Shown here one piece after another: positions 1-12,555 of a DNA stretch of 64,000 bases. The notes beneath the pieces were generated by a model that did no database searches, had not been told where the DNA came from, and saw nothing but the letters and a program-made list of their open reading frames with translations. Location: NCBI GenBank assembly GCA_965235115.1, contig OZ249436.1, forward strand, positions 7,132,001 through 7,196,000, given 5' to 3'. This stretch comes from Laetmonice hystrix (Eukaryota). The position numbers and the translations under genes were made by a program. The first letter of the stretch is position 1, and each line of letters begins with the position of its first letter.

Positions 1-4
1 TTAC

Positions 5-107
5 CTCAAAAAGTGGTGGGTTCTTTGGGTGTGGGTGAAATCCTGGCTCCCTGCAGTTTGCCACATAACTCAGTCCATAGTTTGGGGTAAGAGTGTAGAA
101 ACCAGTT
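5..107 (-). CDS. STAMBP: STAMBP penultimate exon ([12 protein letters not shown]...[13 protein letters not shown])
   Basis: tttacag| ... GAG|gtaa; conserved GFHPH. Confidence 0.93.
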
Positions 108-3100
108 CTGTAAATATAACATCATCATTGACTCCACAAAACTTGGACCACCTTCTTCCTACTGTGCTATGCCTGCATGCAAGTAGGTATAAAGTTCTTG
201 ATAAATAAAAAAAATTATAAAATGTTCTATTAATGCTAAATTAATAGTTACGTATACTTCAAGCCCAGTCTACCTGTTATAGTAGCGTAACAGGTAAATT
301 AAATATGGTAAGCTCAAAATCAAATGAGCTGAAAAACTAAAAGTACTTACTCCTGGTATTTTGGGGAACAGACAATTGCAACAGCCTCTGGGAGCATCAG
401 TTGGTACGAGCAGTGAGTATGGAGGTCAACGCTAGAGAGGAATGCTGTCTGCGATGGATGGGTCTGCAATTTATGAACATCTGACCTGACATTAAAATTA
501 CAACTCTTTCTCAGACAAGGCAAGTATGAATCAGCTAAAGAGTTGCCTAACTCTATAACAAACAAAATATAATAATACTTTATGGAGCCAGCCCGACGTT
601 ACATATCTGTAGAAGATACCTGCTTGGTTTTAGTCTGTAAATTCTAACAGTTTCAGATTTAGTCAAATATCTTTACAATTAGTTCTTACTTAAAATACTT
701 AATATGCTGATATCAGATCTTAAAAAAATAGATCACCATCTATGCCATTTTACACACACTGAAGAAGGGTGAGGGACGAAAAACATACATGAATCCACCC
801 GAGGGTAATGAGGTCGTACTTGTCTTGTACATCAAATAATTCCTCCTCGTTTTCCGTCTGGCAGGAGTCTGAGGTACCCGTCTGTTTTGGTAGTACTAGA
901 TGCGTGATCACGAAGGCATTCTGAGACTGGAAGTAGTAAAAAAACACATGCCTTGTTGTTGCCATTCGCACCCTACAACTTCCATAAGCCAGAATGAGGC
1001 CTTCCATTTTAAATCAGCAACCTATAATAAAACACTAAAGGGTTACCAGCTTTCCGCAGAGTATGCCACAGGTCTCCACATTCCTGTTGGTTTGGGGTAG
1101 AGCCAAGTTCAGGAACTTTAACATCAGTTCCGATGGCACAATGACATCTCTTAGCCCATTAAGGTTGGCTGTGTTGGCCCCTGTGCTTGTGAAGTGGTTA
1201 AAGCCTGGTTTTGTTGACCTGTCCACGACAGGGAGCCTAATTCATGACAGAAGAATGCTTACTGTTACACCCCATAATGTGCAAATAATCTATTAATCTG
1301 CCAGCATGACAACTGTTAAGGTGATAAAAAATGATTGCCATTCCTTTTGGTAATATTTTCAAACTTCTTAAATGGTGCATACAGTCAGAACTCCTTTACT
1401 CGTTTTTTTTTTCACCCGTATACCTCACAATCCAAACACATTATCTGGTAACCTCTTCTACTATTTTCTGTTTAAAATGATTCAGTAATCCATATGTTAC
1501 ACAATCCAAACACATTTCAATGTGCACCAAGCTGCTCAGATATATGAGGTCTGACTGTACTTGTATAAAATATGCCATAGCTTATGATATGCCCACTTAC
1601 AATGGTTTAAGCTCTCTACTGGGGACATTGGGACTTGTGGGTGATAGAGGTACACTGCCTGGCGACTGAGGAACAGCTGACTCATATGATGGGGGAGAGG
1701 GCAAGGTTCCTGCTGCTGCCGCATCATTGATCGTCATCCCTGCCACAGCCGCTGCTGCTCCATCTTCTATACGTCGCCGGTGTTCTTCCTGAAAATTTGA
1801 TACAAATCTTAATCACACTGAGCAAATTTGTATGGACCATTTTAATTAGCAAGGCTAACCTAAGCTCAACAAAGATTTGGAATTTACTCTAACATACTTC
1901 CAAAGATATTGTGATTTTAAAGAATTATATTTGATATATTCCTGAGGTATGTGATGGTACCTATAACAATGTTCATTTTACATAAGTGATGAAAAATTTA
2001 GGTTCCTCCTAATCCTACGTTATCCATGCAGGACCATGATCTCAGATGTTTCTTCTATCCTAGAGGTATAAGATTGTAAATTCCAGAATAAGATAAAAGG
2101 TAATACAAAAAGCTAGCTCGGAAATTTATTACAGAACCATCAGATCCAACCATCTCTCCCGTTACCTGGAGACGATGGTACTCTGCTTCCTGTTCATGGC
2201 GCCACCTCTGTTCATCATCTTCTCGCTTTCTTGCCTCTTCTTCCTCTTCCTGTGCACGCTTTTTCTGCCTCTCTCTTTCCTCTTTACGTTCTTTCTCTTG
2301 CTGACGGGCAATCTCTTCTGCATGTTTTTTCTTTATCATGTAATGAAAGAAGACAGTGTAACACTACCCTGATTGGCACACAACTGATTAGAGTACAGTT
2401 GATCATTTCCTTCAAATTATTTCCAATGATTAAAACTGATCTAAAGGGAAAAAAATAATATAAAAGACCTTACCAGGAAAACTTGTCGTTCAGCCTCCTC
2501 AACAGCATATTTTTCCTTGAGTTTCTTTTTTATCTCTTCAGCAAGTGGAAAAACTTTACCAAGTTTCTAGAAAAACCAAAGGTTTTCAAGAACTTAAGAT
2601 TGTGGTTTCTCTCAAGAGTTCCAGTGAGTTTGAGTAGAATTAAGATTTCACAAAAGCAAAACTTATGGATAGTTGTTCATGTCTTCATCCTACAAAACAG
2701 ATTCTGTAAAAAGCAGTGCTGTTTATTAGACTTTCAATGTACATGTGTACCTGTAAGCTATTTATGCTGTACATGAAATTCAATTACTTTGTAGAAGGTA
2801 AACAATAAGGCCTTAAAACTTTTAGTTAAATGGACACAGATACAGATATTAAGTTACCTTTTTATTTGTAGCTTTATCCAGTGAAGGCACTGACTTATAA
2901 TCAGGATGCCTGGGAAGACGTTCTACAAATAGCCTGGAAAATATTAACAATGTTGGTAATGATATTCCATAAATTTAACTGGGCTGCATCAGCATACACT
3001 TGTTTTCAACTGGGATAGGAAGTGTCCTTTTTTTTATGCAGAATCCATCACCTTACTAGTTCTAATTGAAATATTTAGGACCAGTTTACTAAAAGGTATC

Positions 3101-3329
3101 AGCTCCTATCAACTTACGTAATAAACCTTGAATAAAGAACGAAAGCACTTTCCCAGTCCTTTTCATCAGTGTACACATTGGCCATTCGTATCATTTCGAG
3201 TCCAGATCTGAAATAACGCCGGGCAGGAATGCTTGGGCTGACATCGACCTGAGCCCCAAAAGCTGACAGCTGTTTCAAACGTTCCTCTGGACTGGGCATG
3301 TCTCTCATCTTGATTAAATTGGAAGCCAT
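5..3329 (-). CDS. STAMBP: STAM-binding protein / AMSH-family JAMM (MPN+) K63 deubiquitinase; multi-exon gene, 3' end outside window. Coding exons 3329-3118, 2933-2858, 2566-2474, 2330-2166, 1788-1601, 1236-1047, 926-789, 463-351, 107-5
   Basis: Manual splicing gives one open frame with GT-AG junctions and matching phases. N-terminal MIT-like region ([17 protein letters not shown]...[23 protein letters not shown]), SH3-binding motif [23 protein letters not shown] motif [22 protein letters not shown]-terminal [12 protein letters not shown]. Recognised from memory of the family, not from a database search. Confidence 0.96.
351..463 (-). CDS. STAMBP: STAMBP JAMM exon ([17 protein letters not shown]...CSPKYQE)
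   Basis: Catalytic zinc ligands HxH...S..D; gcag| ... GA|gtaagt. Confidence 0.95.
789..926 (-). CDS. STAMBP: STAMBP JAMM exon (SQNAFVITH...LITLGWIH)
   Basis: ttccag| ... CAT|gtatgt, 138 nt. Confidence 0.95.
1047..1236 (-). CDS. STAMBP: STAMBP exon ([10 protein letters not shown]...[12 protein letters not shown])
   Basis: SH3-binding motif and start of the JAMM domain; tag| ... CTG|gtaacc. Confidence 0.94.
1601..1788 (-). CDS. STAMBP: STAMBP linker exon ([10 protein letters not shown]...PPSYES...PSRELKP)
   Basis: ttttcag| ... TT|gtaagt, 188 nt, phase 0 to 2, open frame. Confidence 0.85.
2166..2330 (-). CDS. STAMBP: STAMBP charged coiled-coil exon ([13 protein letters not shown]...YHRLQ)
   Basis: E/K/R-rich open frame, donor CAG|gtaac; acceptor (aag at 2333-2331) less certain. 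Confidence 0.8.
2474..2566 (-). CDS. STAMBP: STAMBP exon ([20 protein letters not shown]...)
   Basis: ttctag| ... CTG|gtaagg, 93 nt, phase 0 to 0. Confidence 0.9.
2858..2933 (-). CDS. STAMBP: STAMBP exon ([25 protein letters not shown])
   Basis: ttccag| ... AAG|gtaact, 76 nt, phase 2 to 0. Confidence 0.93.
3118..3329 (-). CDS. STAMBP: STAMBP first coding exon ([10 protein letters not shown]...VLYSRFIT)
   Basis: Acceptor tttgtttcag|G directly before the ATG at 3329; donor AC|gtaagt; AMSH N-terminal motif YFRSG. Confidence 0.93.
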
Positions 3330-3917
3330 CCTGAAACAAAATGTTCAACCATTTCATAATTACAACAGATCTGTTTTACTTTTAGGATGAGCAGGGATGT
3401 GCCCAGAAAATTGAGTGTCGGGCAGTATGTTCATGCCTGTTGCTGATGCTACATGGAATAACTGACCAAAAATAGAGAGAGCTTTGAAGGCATTTAAATT
3501 TGCCACTATATCGTCATCGGAGTGGCTGCTTTTATAGCCCGGCTAGTGCGGCTGCAGGTTTAAATTGCACTGCATTGAAATTCTATAAACTTCTATAAAC
3601 AGATTCCAAGCATTTCTATAAACTTCTATAAACCTACAATTCACGATTAAAATTCATCAAGTACTTTCACAGATTTCAAGGACAGTACAGTACATTCTGA
3701 CTCTGAGAAGTGGTACTAAGACCAGGGGACCGTTTCACTAAACGCTAGTACTTTAGCAGCTTGTATTATCTGGAGATCAAATAGCGAGCACAGGGAGTCA
3801 TAAAGTGGCTGACAAAGCAAGCTCTATACCCAATGAATCGCGAAAGTTGGAGGAACCAGATCTGGAAACCCACGATCTGCATGGACATAAGGACTAGGAG
3901 TAGGACTCTGGCTTCAG

Positions 3918-4168
3918 GGGCTCGTTTCACTAAGACTGTAGAAAAATTCAACTTTTGGCCACTAGCCCGGAGTCGTGTTGTGGGCAAAAAGGGCATGTAC
4001 GTTGGACTAGTTTAATGCGTTTGCTTGGCTCTTGGGGGCAGTCCGACCTGAAAAAATGCTATTCCCGGGCATCGGACTACCAGATTTTTCGACCCCTGGA
4101 GTAATATAAGGATAGCCATTAAATTAATACGTATATCCAAGCTCGTACAGTGTTAGTGAAACAAGCCC
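3918..4168. mobile_element. PIF/Harbinger-like MITE; a further similar left end lies at 3726
   Basis: GGGCTCGTTTCACTAAGACTGTA ... TACAGTGTTAGTGAAACAAGCCC imperfect TIR, flanks CAG/TAG. Confidence 0.65.
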
Positions 4169-4372
4169 TAGAAAACAAATAAATTTAAAGTTGTTCAAAA
4201 AGAGCAGTGTCCACTTGTATAACCTTCAGCAGCCGGCGTCATCCCGGCCTGAAGGTTTGTCTTGGATAACCTGATGTATTCTAGGATGTACCTATATAAT
4301 GGCAGTGGTTATTCTGCCAGCATATGGATGGGTCATGTGACTGCAATATTGGATTCTTTTTGGATGACTCAG

Positions 4373-4507
4373 GGCCCTGTTTCACTATGCCGGCGACGTC
4401 GCCGGCCCATATAAGGTAATATGTCGCCTGTTCTTATGATGTGCCCCACTGCTTTAACGTTGGCGACATTTTGACGTGCGACGTCGCCAGCTTAGTGAAA
4501 CCGAGCC
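4373..4507. mobile_element. PIF/Harbinger-like fold-back MITE
   Basis: GGCCCTGTTTCACTATGCCGGCGACGTCGC ... GCGACGTCGCCAGCTTAGTGAAACCGAGCC, CWG flanks. Confidence 0.7.
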
Positions 4508-4954
4508 CTGATGGAAGAATAGTGGACTATGTAATTAATGCTTAATTTAAAATTAACAACAATTTTGGGACTAAACTTAACTTAAGCCTAACCCAAACAT
4601 TTTGTTTCGTGTCGGTAATTAGTCAAAACTAATTTATTTATTCTGCCGTCTGACGGCAGAATAACCACTGAGATAATATTGCTGCCTTGTTGTTTGAGGC
4701 GAGGGCCGAGCCTTGCAGTGACTGACTGAGGAGGCCGAGGGACTCACTCAGACTGTCAGAGTCTCAGTCTCAGCCCAGGGGAGGTAGGGCGTGAGCCGTG
4801 ACGCCGTGTGCTGTGTGCCTGGGCTGTGGCTACGTTTACAATACAAGATCTCGTTCAAGACAACTTGCCACGACCGTCATGTGAGCAATATATTGTACTA
4901 AAATGTTTTTTTACGGACATATGAATAATTAGATATAACTGTCAGGTTTGTTAC

Positions 4955-5040
4955 CTGCTGCGATCCCAGTGACAGTGCCGTTCACAATCTTCCGGTTGTT
5001 TGTCCGTGACTCACTTCATGTTTTTATCCGCCATATTTGT
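4955..5040 (-). other. STAMBP: Probable non-coding first exon of STAMBP (5' boundary approximate)
   Basis: The start-codon exon has an acceptor 1 nt before the ATG, so an upstream exon is required; donor CAG|gtaaca at 4955/4954 lies next to promoter motifs. Confidence 0.6.
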
Positions 5041-5433
5041 ACGTCACACACAGTATGACTTCAGCAATTCCTATTGGTTGTTATTTGAAATGATATAAGC
5101 ACTGATTCATATGGATATGAGCCTCCTAAAAGATATTGTGAAAGAACCCGGACCTTCTAAAATATAACTAACCTTATATTTTGAGCATAAGTTAAATGGC
5201 AATTTTTGGGATAAAAATAGAGTCTATCTATCTTTCGGTGCGGACACACATTAAGGCCTACTACACTGACCTAATTTCTGATTGGTCAAAACGACCACCA
5301 AGGGCGCAGAGCCAGCGAGGGTTGTCAACAGAGGAAGAGGGACTACCAAACGTTGGTCAAATTTTGATTTATTTGGCGACATTTCACAATTACAGTGGTA
5401 TTTTATGCCAGCAGCAGACTCTTTGACACCTTG
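4955..5433. promoter_or_regulatory. Putative bidirectional promoter between STAMBP and the FAM13-like gene
   Basis: Outward-facing donors at 4955 (-) and 5433 (+, TTG|gtaagc); ETS-like CTTCCGGT 4989-4996, YY1-like CCGCCATATTT 5028-5038, CRE-like TACGTCAC 5040-5047, ATTGG (CCAAT) at 5073-5077 and 5281-5285. Confidence 0.6.
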
Positions 5434-6202
5434 GTAAGCTATGTCACCTTAAGTCATTACGTATGCAATGAGTAGATAGCGACGTTTTGTGAAATTCTAA
5501 AGCCTAGCAAGGAGCATGGAACTAGCGTCGGGCGAGTCACGCTGCACGAGACTGTTGTGTTGGTCGGTGGTTCTGGAACTTCTGACAGCCTCGTCTCCTG
5601 TCCTGAAAATTCTTGTTATGACACGTAACCATAAACTGTTATAGTGACATTCAAACGTAGACATGTATTACCTCTTTGTGATTTGGTTGTTTAGGTGAAT
5701 TCTTATTCAACTATCAAGCCTTAGGTTTTATTGAAACCTAACTATACAATACAGCCTAAAATCGAGTGTCGCTGTCACTGTGTCAGTCAGTGTCTCATAC
5801 TCAGTTTCAGTCTCACCCCGGCTGTCACTGTTGCTGACAGAGCCAGTCTGAAAATAGTGACTTACCTGTCAGGGTAGGCCTAGACTGGCCCTTGGCTAGT
5901 CTAGTCTAGAAACATGAGGTGCTCACTTGGATCTTGACACTGACTATGAATAACTAATCTATTGACATTTTGGGCACCCTGCAGCACAATCACAACACTG
6001 ACTGCCTGGAGGTTTACTTCCTGAGTCCCAAGACTTTTCATCCACTCAGGGGTAGATATTATGCGTGATTTTTTAGGAGTCAGCAGGGAGTCCACTATCC
6101 TATAACGTTAGGGAATACAACGTGACTGGATGTAAAAAGAGACCGATTACAGACGGTGTTATGCCGTAATAGTTTGGCATAAACACTGGAAGTAATCAAG
6201 CC

Positions 6203-6220
6203 ATGACCGGGGGGAGGGGG
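6203..6220 (+). CDS. Candidate alternative N-terminal exon MTGGRG
   Basis: gccATG, 18 nt, GGG|gtgagt, phase 0. Confidence 0.3.
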
Positions 6221-6447
6221 GTGAGTGAAACATATCAGTCTTGTGACCCATGCTGAGTAGCAGATATTCGGTTCACCGTAACTGGGCAATCATCACCTTG
6301 TCCTCGGTTAAAATCTGCCTCAGTCTGTGTTAAATATCTAGGAGACAGCCGGACTCCTGGTCAGGTGGCTGCCAGGAATCCGTCCCAATTTTTGGGAGTC
6401 TCGGACTCACGGGCTCCCGTCGAAATCGACCCCTGCCTGCTGATTTG

Positions 6448-6705
6448 TAGAGCTGGGACGATTTATCGATACAATCGTGAATCGTGATTTTTTCACTGAC
6501 CGATAAGATTTACGGTTCAAAAATTGTGAATACCTCAAACTGACATTGCGGCCATGTTCTCTATGCATTGCACTATTGCTCAATTTACTGGTATCCCCCT
6601 CCAGAGCAAACATCAAAGAGAAAGAGAGTGATATGGCATTTTCATGGAGCAAATAATATTGGGATACGTATCGTATTGTGAACAGAGTGTATCGTCCCAG
6701 CCCTA
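6448..6705. mobile_element. hAT-type MITE
   Basis: TIR TAGAGCTGGGACGAT / ATCGTCCCAGCCCTA with perfect 8-bp TSD CTGATTTG (6440-6447, 6706-6713). Confidence 0.88.
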
Positions 6706-7554
6706 CTGATTTGTGAACTGTGCATGTCTGTGACCTTTTGTTTGGATTGTCATAGCCTATCTAATAATTATTCTATAATTTCTGACTGCTACTTTGAAAA
6801 AATGTTGATTCTAAAGTTGAGTTGAGAGTTCTCTCTGAATTAAATCAGAATTCATTAGGCACTAAGTAAAAGTGTACTGTATTATGGTTATGAAATAGTA
6901 TCACACTGCAATTTGCAATATATAATTAGCAGTACCACCCACAGGTATGATGCATTCCTACTCTTGACAGTCTTGTGGAAGTTGTGTGGCTGAAAATATT
7001 TGTTCACAAAATTAATACAAATCAATGGTCTTGACTTTTTTTCAAGTAACTGGTAGCCCAGAGAGAAAAACTGCTGGATTAAGCATTTAATTTGATAAAG
7101 ATTTTTATTTTTACCACCATCACATACATAGTCGTCCTCTTTCCCACTGCTTTTCCTTTTATAGGTTTTCTTACAAATAGTACAGTAATTAAAAAAAAAA
7201 GACTTTTAGGGAAGAAACCTGACTAGAGACCTGTGATATTTTCCCCAGTATAAATGAAGCTACTTAAAAAAATGGTTAGAACCACCCCTATTTAGCCACA
7301 TCTAGGGCCCCAGTCCACCAGAGAGAAAAGATTTAGCTGGTAGCCCATTGACTTAAGCTAGTCTTAGTAGACACAAGTAGCCTGACTGGAGAATTCAGTA
7401 GCCCTGGGTGTCAGGCCACTATAGAAAGTCAACTCTACTGCAAATATTAGCTTTACTTACTGCTTTGTAAAAATTGCGGTGTAATTTTTCCCTCAAAATT
7501 TTGGACCCTGGTCATTGTGTCTGTCTTTCATGATGTCGTCTTTTTGAATTTCAG

Positions 7555-7721
7555 ATCTATGGACCTTTGTTAATCGAGTTCTTTAAAGCTTCAAGTTGGG
7601 TGTCACCCATTTGTGGTGACCGATTCCTTTTTGGCGGTTGGGCCCCCCTTGTACGTGGTCATTCAAGTCGATGCACGGATTCCGTCTGATCCTTTGTCGC
7701 AACTTGAAACAGCCATAAACT
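7555..7721 (+). other. Candidate non-coding 5'UTR exon of the plus-strand gene
   Basis: Good acceptor (tctttttgaatttcag|) and donor (CT|gtgagt); no phase-0 coding frame. Confidence 0.35.
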
Positions 7722-10700
7722 GTGAGTATAGCTTTTCAAGGTACATCAGAAACAGAATGTTACTAATTTCTGCCAAAATGCTGTGGCTAAGATCACCATC
7801 AAATGTCAGTTGGGACCAGACCATCTATATTTTTGCCTTGTGTTCATTTGAAAACTGCAACATACCAATTAAATATCCCATAATCCGTCATCACAATCAA
7901 TGAAAAAAACTCAGGCCCCTGACTGAGCACACAACATTCCAAAAGTTAATCCTTTCGACTTTAAACCAGGATCATTAGAACTACAAATGCTGAATTGGTC
8001 CACTAACAGTTTAAACATGAAGATTTTGTACCAGCATGCTTGTAAGTTATATGAAATTGTGTTGATTTTAAAACAAACTGCAGTTGCAGGTACATGCGGA
8101 ATGCAAAATAAATATATTGAAATTCAGCCACTCTGATTGAACATTGTTGAGCACTGTGAGTCTGTGACACCTTGACTTTTAAAATTTGGGGTGCACAGTG
8201 CAAAATCGGCCAAATTTGCAGGTGAACGGATTTTCGTTCTCTGCCTTTTCATTTTAGGTGAACCACATGTGAATGAAATGATTGTTCACATGTGACCCTA
8301 GATGATAGATCCATTGGGAGAGAAATTTAGAAATGAAGGCAGTGAAGAGAGTAATTGCATGCCATGTTTCAGTGTTCATGGTGTTCACAATAATACATTC
8401 ATCATATCAAGTTAGACCTCTGGGCCAAACATACTTGGCCACAAAATGACAAATGCTTGCAGTGAATCTTTCAAACATTTTAACTCAAAGTTGCACTGCA
8501 AGGGGGCTTGTTTGGAATGAATGATAGGAGTGTGTGTTGCATTCCAAGGGTTGCAATGTTGATGTGACAGCTGGAAAAAGGTACTCTGAATGGATGTACC
8601 ACTATTGTACATGTTTAACAAAAAAGATTTGTGAGGAAATCAGGCCTTGAAGCTCATCTTCTAGCAATATTTGGCTCACTCTTGGAGTAAGAAAGCCCTG
8701 TTAATTTATCTCGTTAGACATATCGCTGTCCAATGATGAACTTGGTTGTGGATGAAAATCTCAACCAAATACACGTATATTGAGATCTATCATAACGGGA
8801 GACTCAAGTCAAGACGCATGCGCAACAGGCTTTCCAAGCACATCTACATGGCAGCAGCACTGTCATGCCAGTCCCTGCTGTAGCACATAAGCATTGGTTT
8901 GGATAGGATGGCAAAGTTCTAATCTGTGCAAACCTGTATGCTGTAACTGTACATAATTATTAAGAAATTTCAAATTTCTAAATCCTATATCTTTAGCTTT
9001 TTAAATTGTGCAGAAACAGACTGCATACGGCCACCATTTGTTGAGGCTTAGCCACAGTTAACTTAGGGGGCTAATCAATCTGGTAGTCAACGGCCATTAT
9101 CCAGTTAACTTGTAATCAACATAGATTGGATTGATACAATAAGCTCTGCAGTCTGACTGTGTCCATAGTGCTGCATCCACGGTTGATATTTATACCAATA
9201 TAATTTACAGACAGGAGAAAGGGCAGTGATAGGAGTGATGAATGGAATTTGACCAAGGTGGTTAGTTGTACTGAATTGAGGTACGGTCTAAGTGTACATA
9301 TCCACGGACTGTGAGTGTGAGTAGTGATCAATACTGCACCTGCCGCGGCATGAACACAGTGCTGACTGCACAGGCAACAACAGCAGGACTGGTATTTTTG
9401 TGGCATGGTCTTTATCGCAAGAAGGCCTGCTGGTAAATACCAGTAAACCCTGGTTGTTATGAGAAAGCCTGCTGGCAAATAACCACCTCACGTTGATATA
9501 ATACTGGACGGGTAACTGATATATTCATCACAGGAGGGCCTGCTGAGATTGTGGGACCATAGTGCATAGTGCTTTGGTAGGGTAAGCGTACTGGCAAATA
9601 TCCAAGTCTAAATTTAGATCTCTTGATGGTATAATAGGCTATTTTAATTTCATGAGATATCCTATGCTTATGGCAAAAACTGAAACATTATTAGTACAAG
9701 TCTAACATAGAAATATTTGTAGGAGGTACATCTTGGAATTGGAAGACAAATTGCTTCATGGTAAAGATGAATATTTAAGTAATTTAATAGTAATTGTGTT
9801 CTAAAATTTTCCAAGAAAGCACTTCTCATACGGTACATGAATTGAGATTTCTTTAAAGTTCTAACATAAATAAACTTAATGAGCCAAATTTAACATAAGA
9901 TTGATGATTTTATAGGAATGGTCAGTTTTGAAGTACAAGACTCAGCTAGGTTATTACATAGTGACATTTAAACCTGCAGGACAAGATATGGAATATTAAT
10001 TATGGCAATTTACGCATAGGGTGCTGTACTAATATTTAATAAACCTGTAAAGTATAGTTTTCAGAATAGGAATGAGTGTACAATTTTGAATGAACAGATA
10101 AGTGCATCCTGTTTTTTGTCCAGACCTGTCCAGGCAAGCACAATAACGTTACCCAGCCTAGAAATGACTCATCAATCATGGCTTGCAATGAATGAATTAA
10201 TGACATAATGTGTAAGATTAAAGAAAAAGAACCTATTTAGTGTTTAAATAGGTGCAGTATTGCCACAGGGGTCAGGTGGATGTAGGGAAATATCAGGTGA
10301 ACTAGTAAGGTTAGATCCCTGCCTCAGGCTTGCTCTAAAGAGGTCAGTGCTTGGCCCGGTCAGGTCAGAAAATTAGATTGAAAGTCTTGGAAACCTTAGA
10401 AATATGTAACATGTTCAAAAAAGTACATGGACTAGACGGACATCAACACCCTCTGTTTGATATTAGGTGATCTTACTTCTAGAAATGGTTTGGTCTCGTT
10501 ATGTTTGGCTACATATTGGCATTGCCTACAAAACTGTGAGAGAGCCCTGCTGGGGTTTTAGGTGAGAAACAGATGCTGCCACAGATCTCGGGCAGATCTG
10601 CAGACTAGAGTAGGATTACCTATACCCTCATTATCCCATCCCCCCCCCCCCCCCCCCAAAGGGGGAAATGGCATTTTGAAGTTATTATATTATTATTTGA

Positions 10701-12435
10701 CCAGATTCATTAGGCCGACTGGATGTAAAACTATCTTGAGGCTTAGGGCCGAAGGGCCAGTGAGGAAGAGGTTCAGTTATTTCAGAGACAGGCATCGATA
10801 ACGCAACTGGGTATGTTGGTCAGGTGGACCCTGTAGCTGGTTTTTATCCCCTGCTAAGCAGCAGGCAATAACATTGATCGCGAGAGCCCAGGCAAAAGCT
10901 CGCCTCAGTAATACTTGCGACCACTTGCTATTTTCCCAGGATCATCAGGGCAGCTTATACTTATTCTCCAACATGATAGTGGTCATGTGTCACTTGTGCA
11001 CATTAACTGTATAGTAATTTTACTTAAAAACTACCGGTATTTCTGACAGTTTACATTATAAGGACGCAGTCTATTATCTCAATTTAGTCAATATTTGCAC
11101 ATGCCGGAAAATGCTTGTCAAATTCCCGGTAAATAATGATAAAATTTATGATCCTAGTATATAAATCGCTTATTACTGATAAAAGATAGAATTTGGTCTC
11201 TGATGATGTAATATTACGCCGACAGCCTACATGTGCCCAGTATATTATAGGCCTAACATTTGCTGATAATAGGGGCTGATTTATTGGAACTTGGGACAGA
11301 TGGGAATTGTTTCCTGGGGTAAGGTATGTACATAATCCCCCCAATACCAGGATGGCCAATTCCTGTTGCTCCCATAGCAAGTTTTATGGCATGGTCGTGC
11401 AAGGTTGGCATGATAAAGGGTGGATCCACTTTGCAGACGTTTGATAGTCACTGATGTCAAATTGTGACTTGTAAAATTGACATCAATATAGGTGGAGTGG
11501 TATTTAGATTATCTGTGTTTGTAAAAAGCCTTGAATGGTATTCATAAACTGACCCCAACATTTTAAAGGTTGCACGGACTAAAATGTTTGCTGGTGATAA
11601 TTGCTGACATTTGAAGTCATGACCTCACTTGCAGCCCAACGGAATAGTATTATGATTGTGTCAGTTATGTGGAACTCAAAGGACCACAGTTATCTGTAAG
11701 CACTATTTTATCTTTGAGTGCTGCATCCAAATCGAGCAGATAATGCCTTGCCATGTGTAACTTGATACAGTTTAAAATATCTAAATAATAACAGAGGGGA
11801 ATAATAGTGGTGCAGACTAGATAAGCGTACAGGTAACCGTTTGTCAATAAAGTTCTAGAATTTGCTACCTTGGGGGGACTGTGCACTAATGGCTAAAAAG
11901 CGCACAACAGGACAATAATCATTTATCTGGGCAACCATTGCTGCTTCAACTTGACTCAGTTATCTAGCTGCCATCAACAGATGAAAAAAGAATGTGGGGA
12001 AAATCGTAAACCATTAGGTTTTATTAGTTATTACCGGGGTTATTTCCCATGGTAACTTCCCCACAAATTTTTGGGCAGGGGTTTAGGTTAAGGTCAGGGA
12101 TAGGGATAGCATAGCCATAGGGATTATATTTTTGGGAGGTGTAGGGAACCGGGTTAGGGTAAGGCATAAGGTCAGGGCGGTTGATCTTTACTTCAACCAA
12201 ATTTCGTGGGGTTGAAGTTATGATGGGCAACGTACCATTACCAGTATACATGTGGTTCAGCTTCGGATTAATGTAAATTATAGGTTTTGAATTAGGTCAT
12301 CAAAAGTTGTGAGTTGTTTGCCCTCAAAAGTTCGCTGCCTTTGTTTGTTGAAGGGTGTTGGCTATTCTCAACCCTTAGCTTCAGTGTGTATGAGAGGATC
12401 GTTGCTGTGTGCTACAGGTGTTGGTTGTGTTTCAG

Positions 12436-12555
12436 GTTTATTTGCCTCTACTGGCGGTACAAGCCGTGTGGATGGGCAATGGCGTAATGCCAACTCCGTA
12501 CCTGTGTGGCGCTGTTCCTTCGGTCACCATCCCTGACATGGCACACCCCACGCAG
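12436..12555 (+). CDS. Candidate alternative N-terminal or cassette exon (...MGNGVMPTPYLCGAVPSVTIPDMAHPTQ)
   Basis: Acceptor tgtgtttcag|, 120 nt fully open, ATGs at 12472/12487/12538 in frame, donor CAG|gtaaga, phase 0. Confidence 0.55.

Noticed and set aside
2175..2458. Plus-strand hydrophobic ORFs
   Set aside because: Antisense shadow of the E/K/R-rich STAMBP exon.
10925..10952. Hammerhead ribozyme on the minus strand (CTGATGATCCTGGGAAA)
   Set aside because: No credible stem II, and no stems I/III could be formed.
12050..12225. Interstitial telomeric repeat
   Set aside because: Only degenerate GGTTAGGG/GGTCAGGG words inside a probable dispersed repeat with weak inverted ends; not a (TTAGGG)n array.
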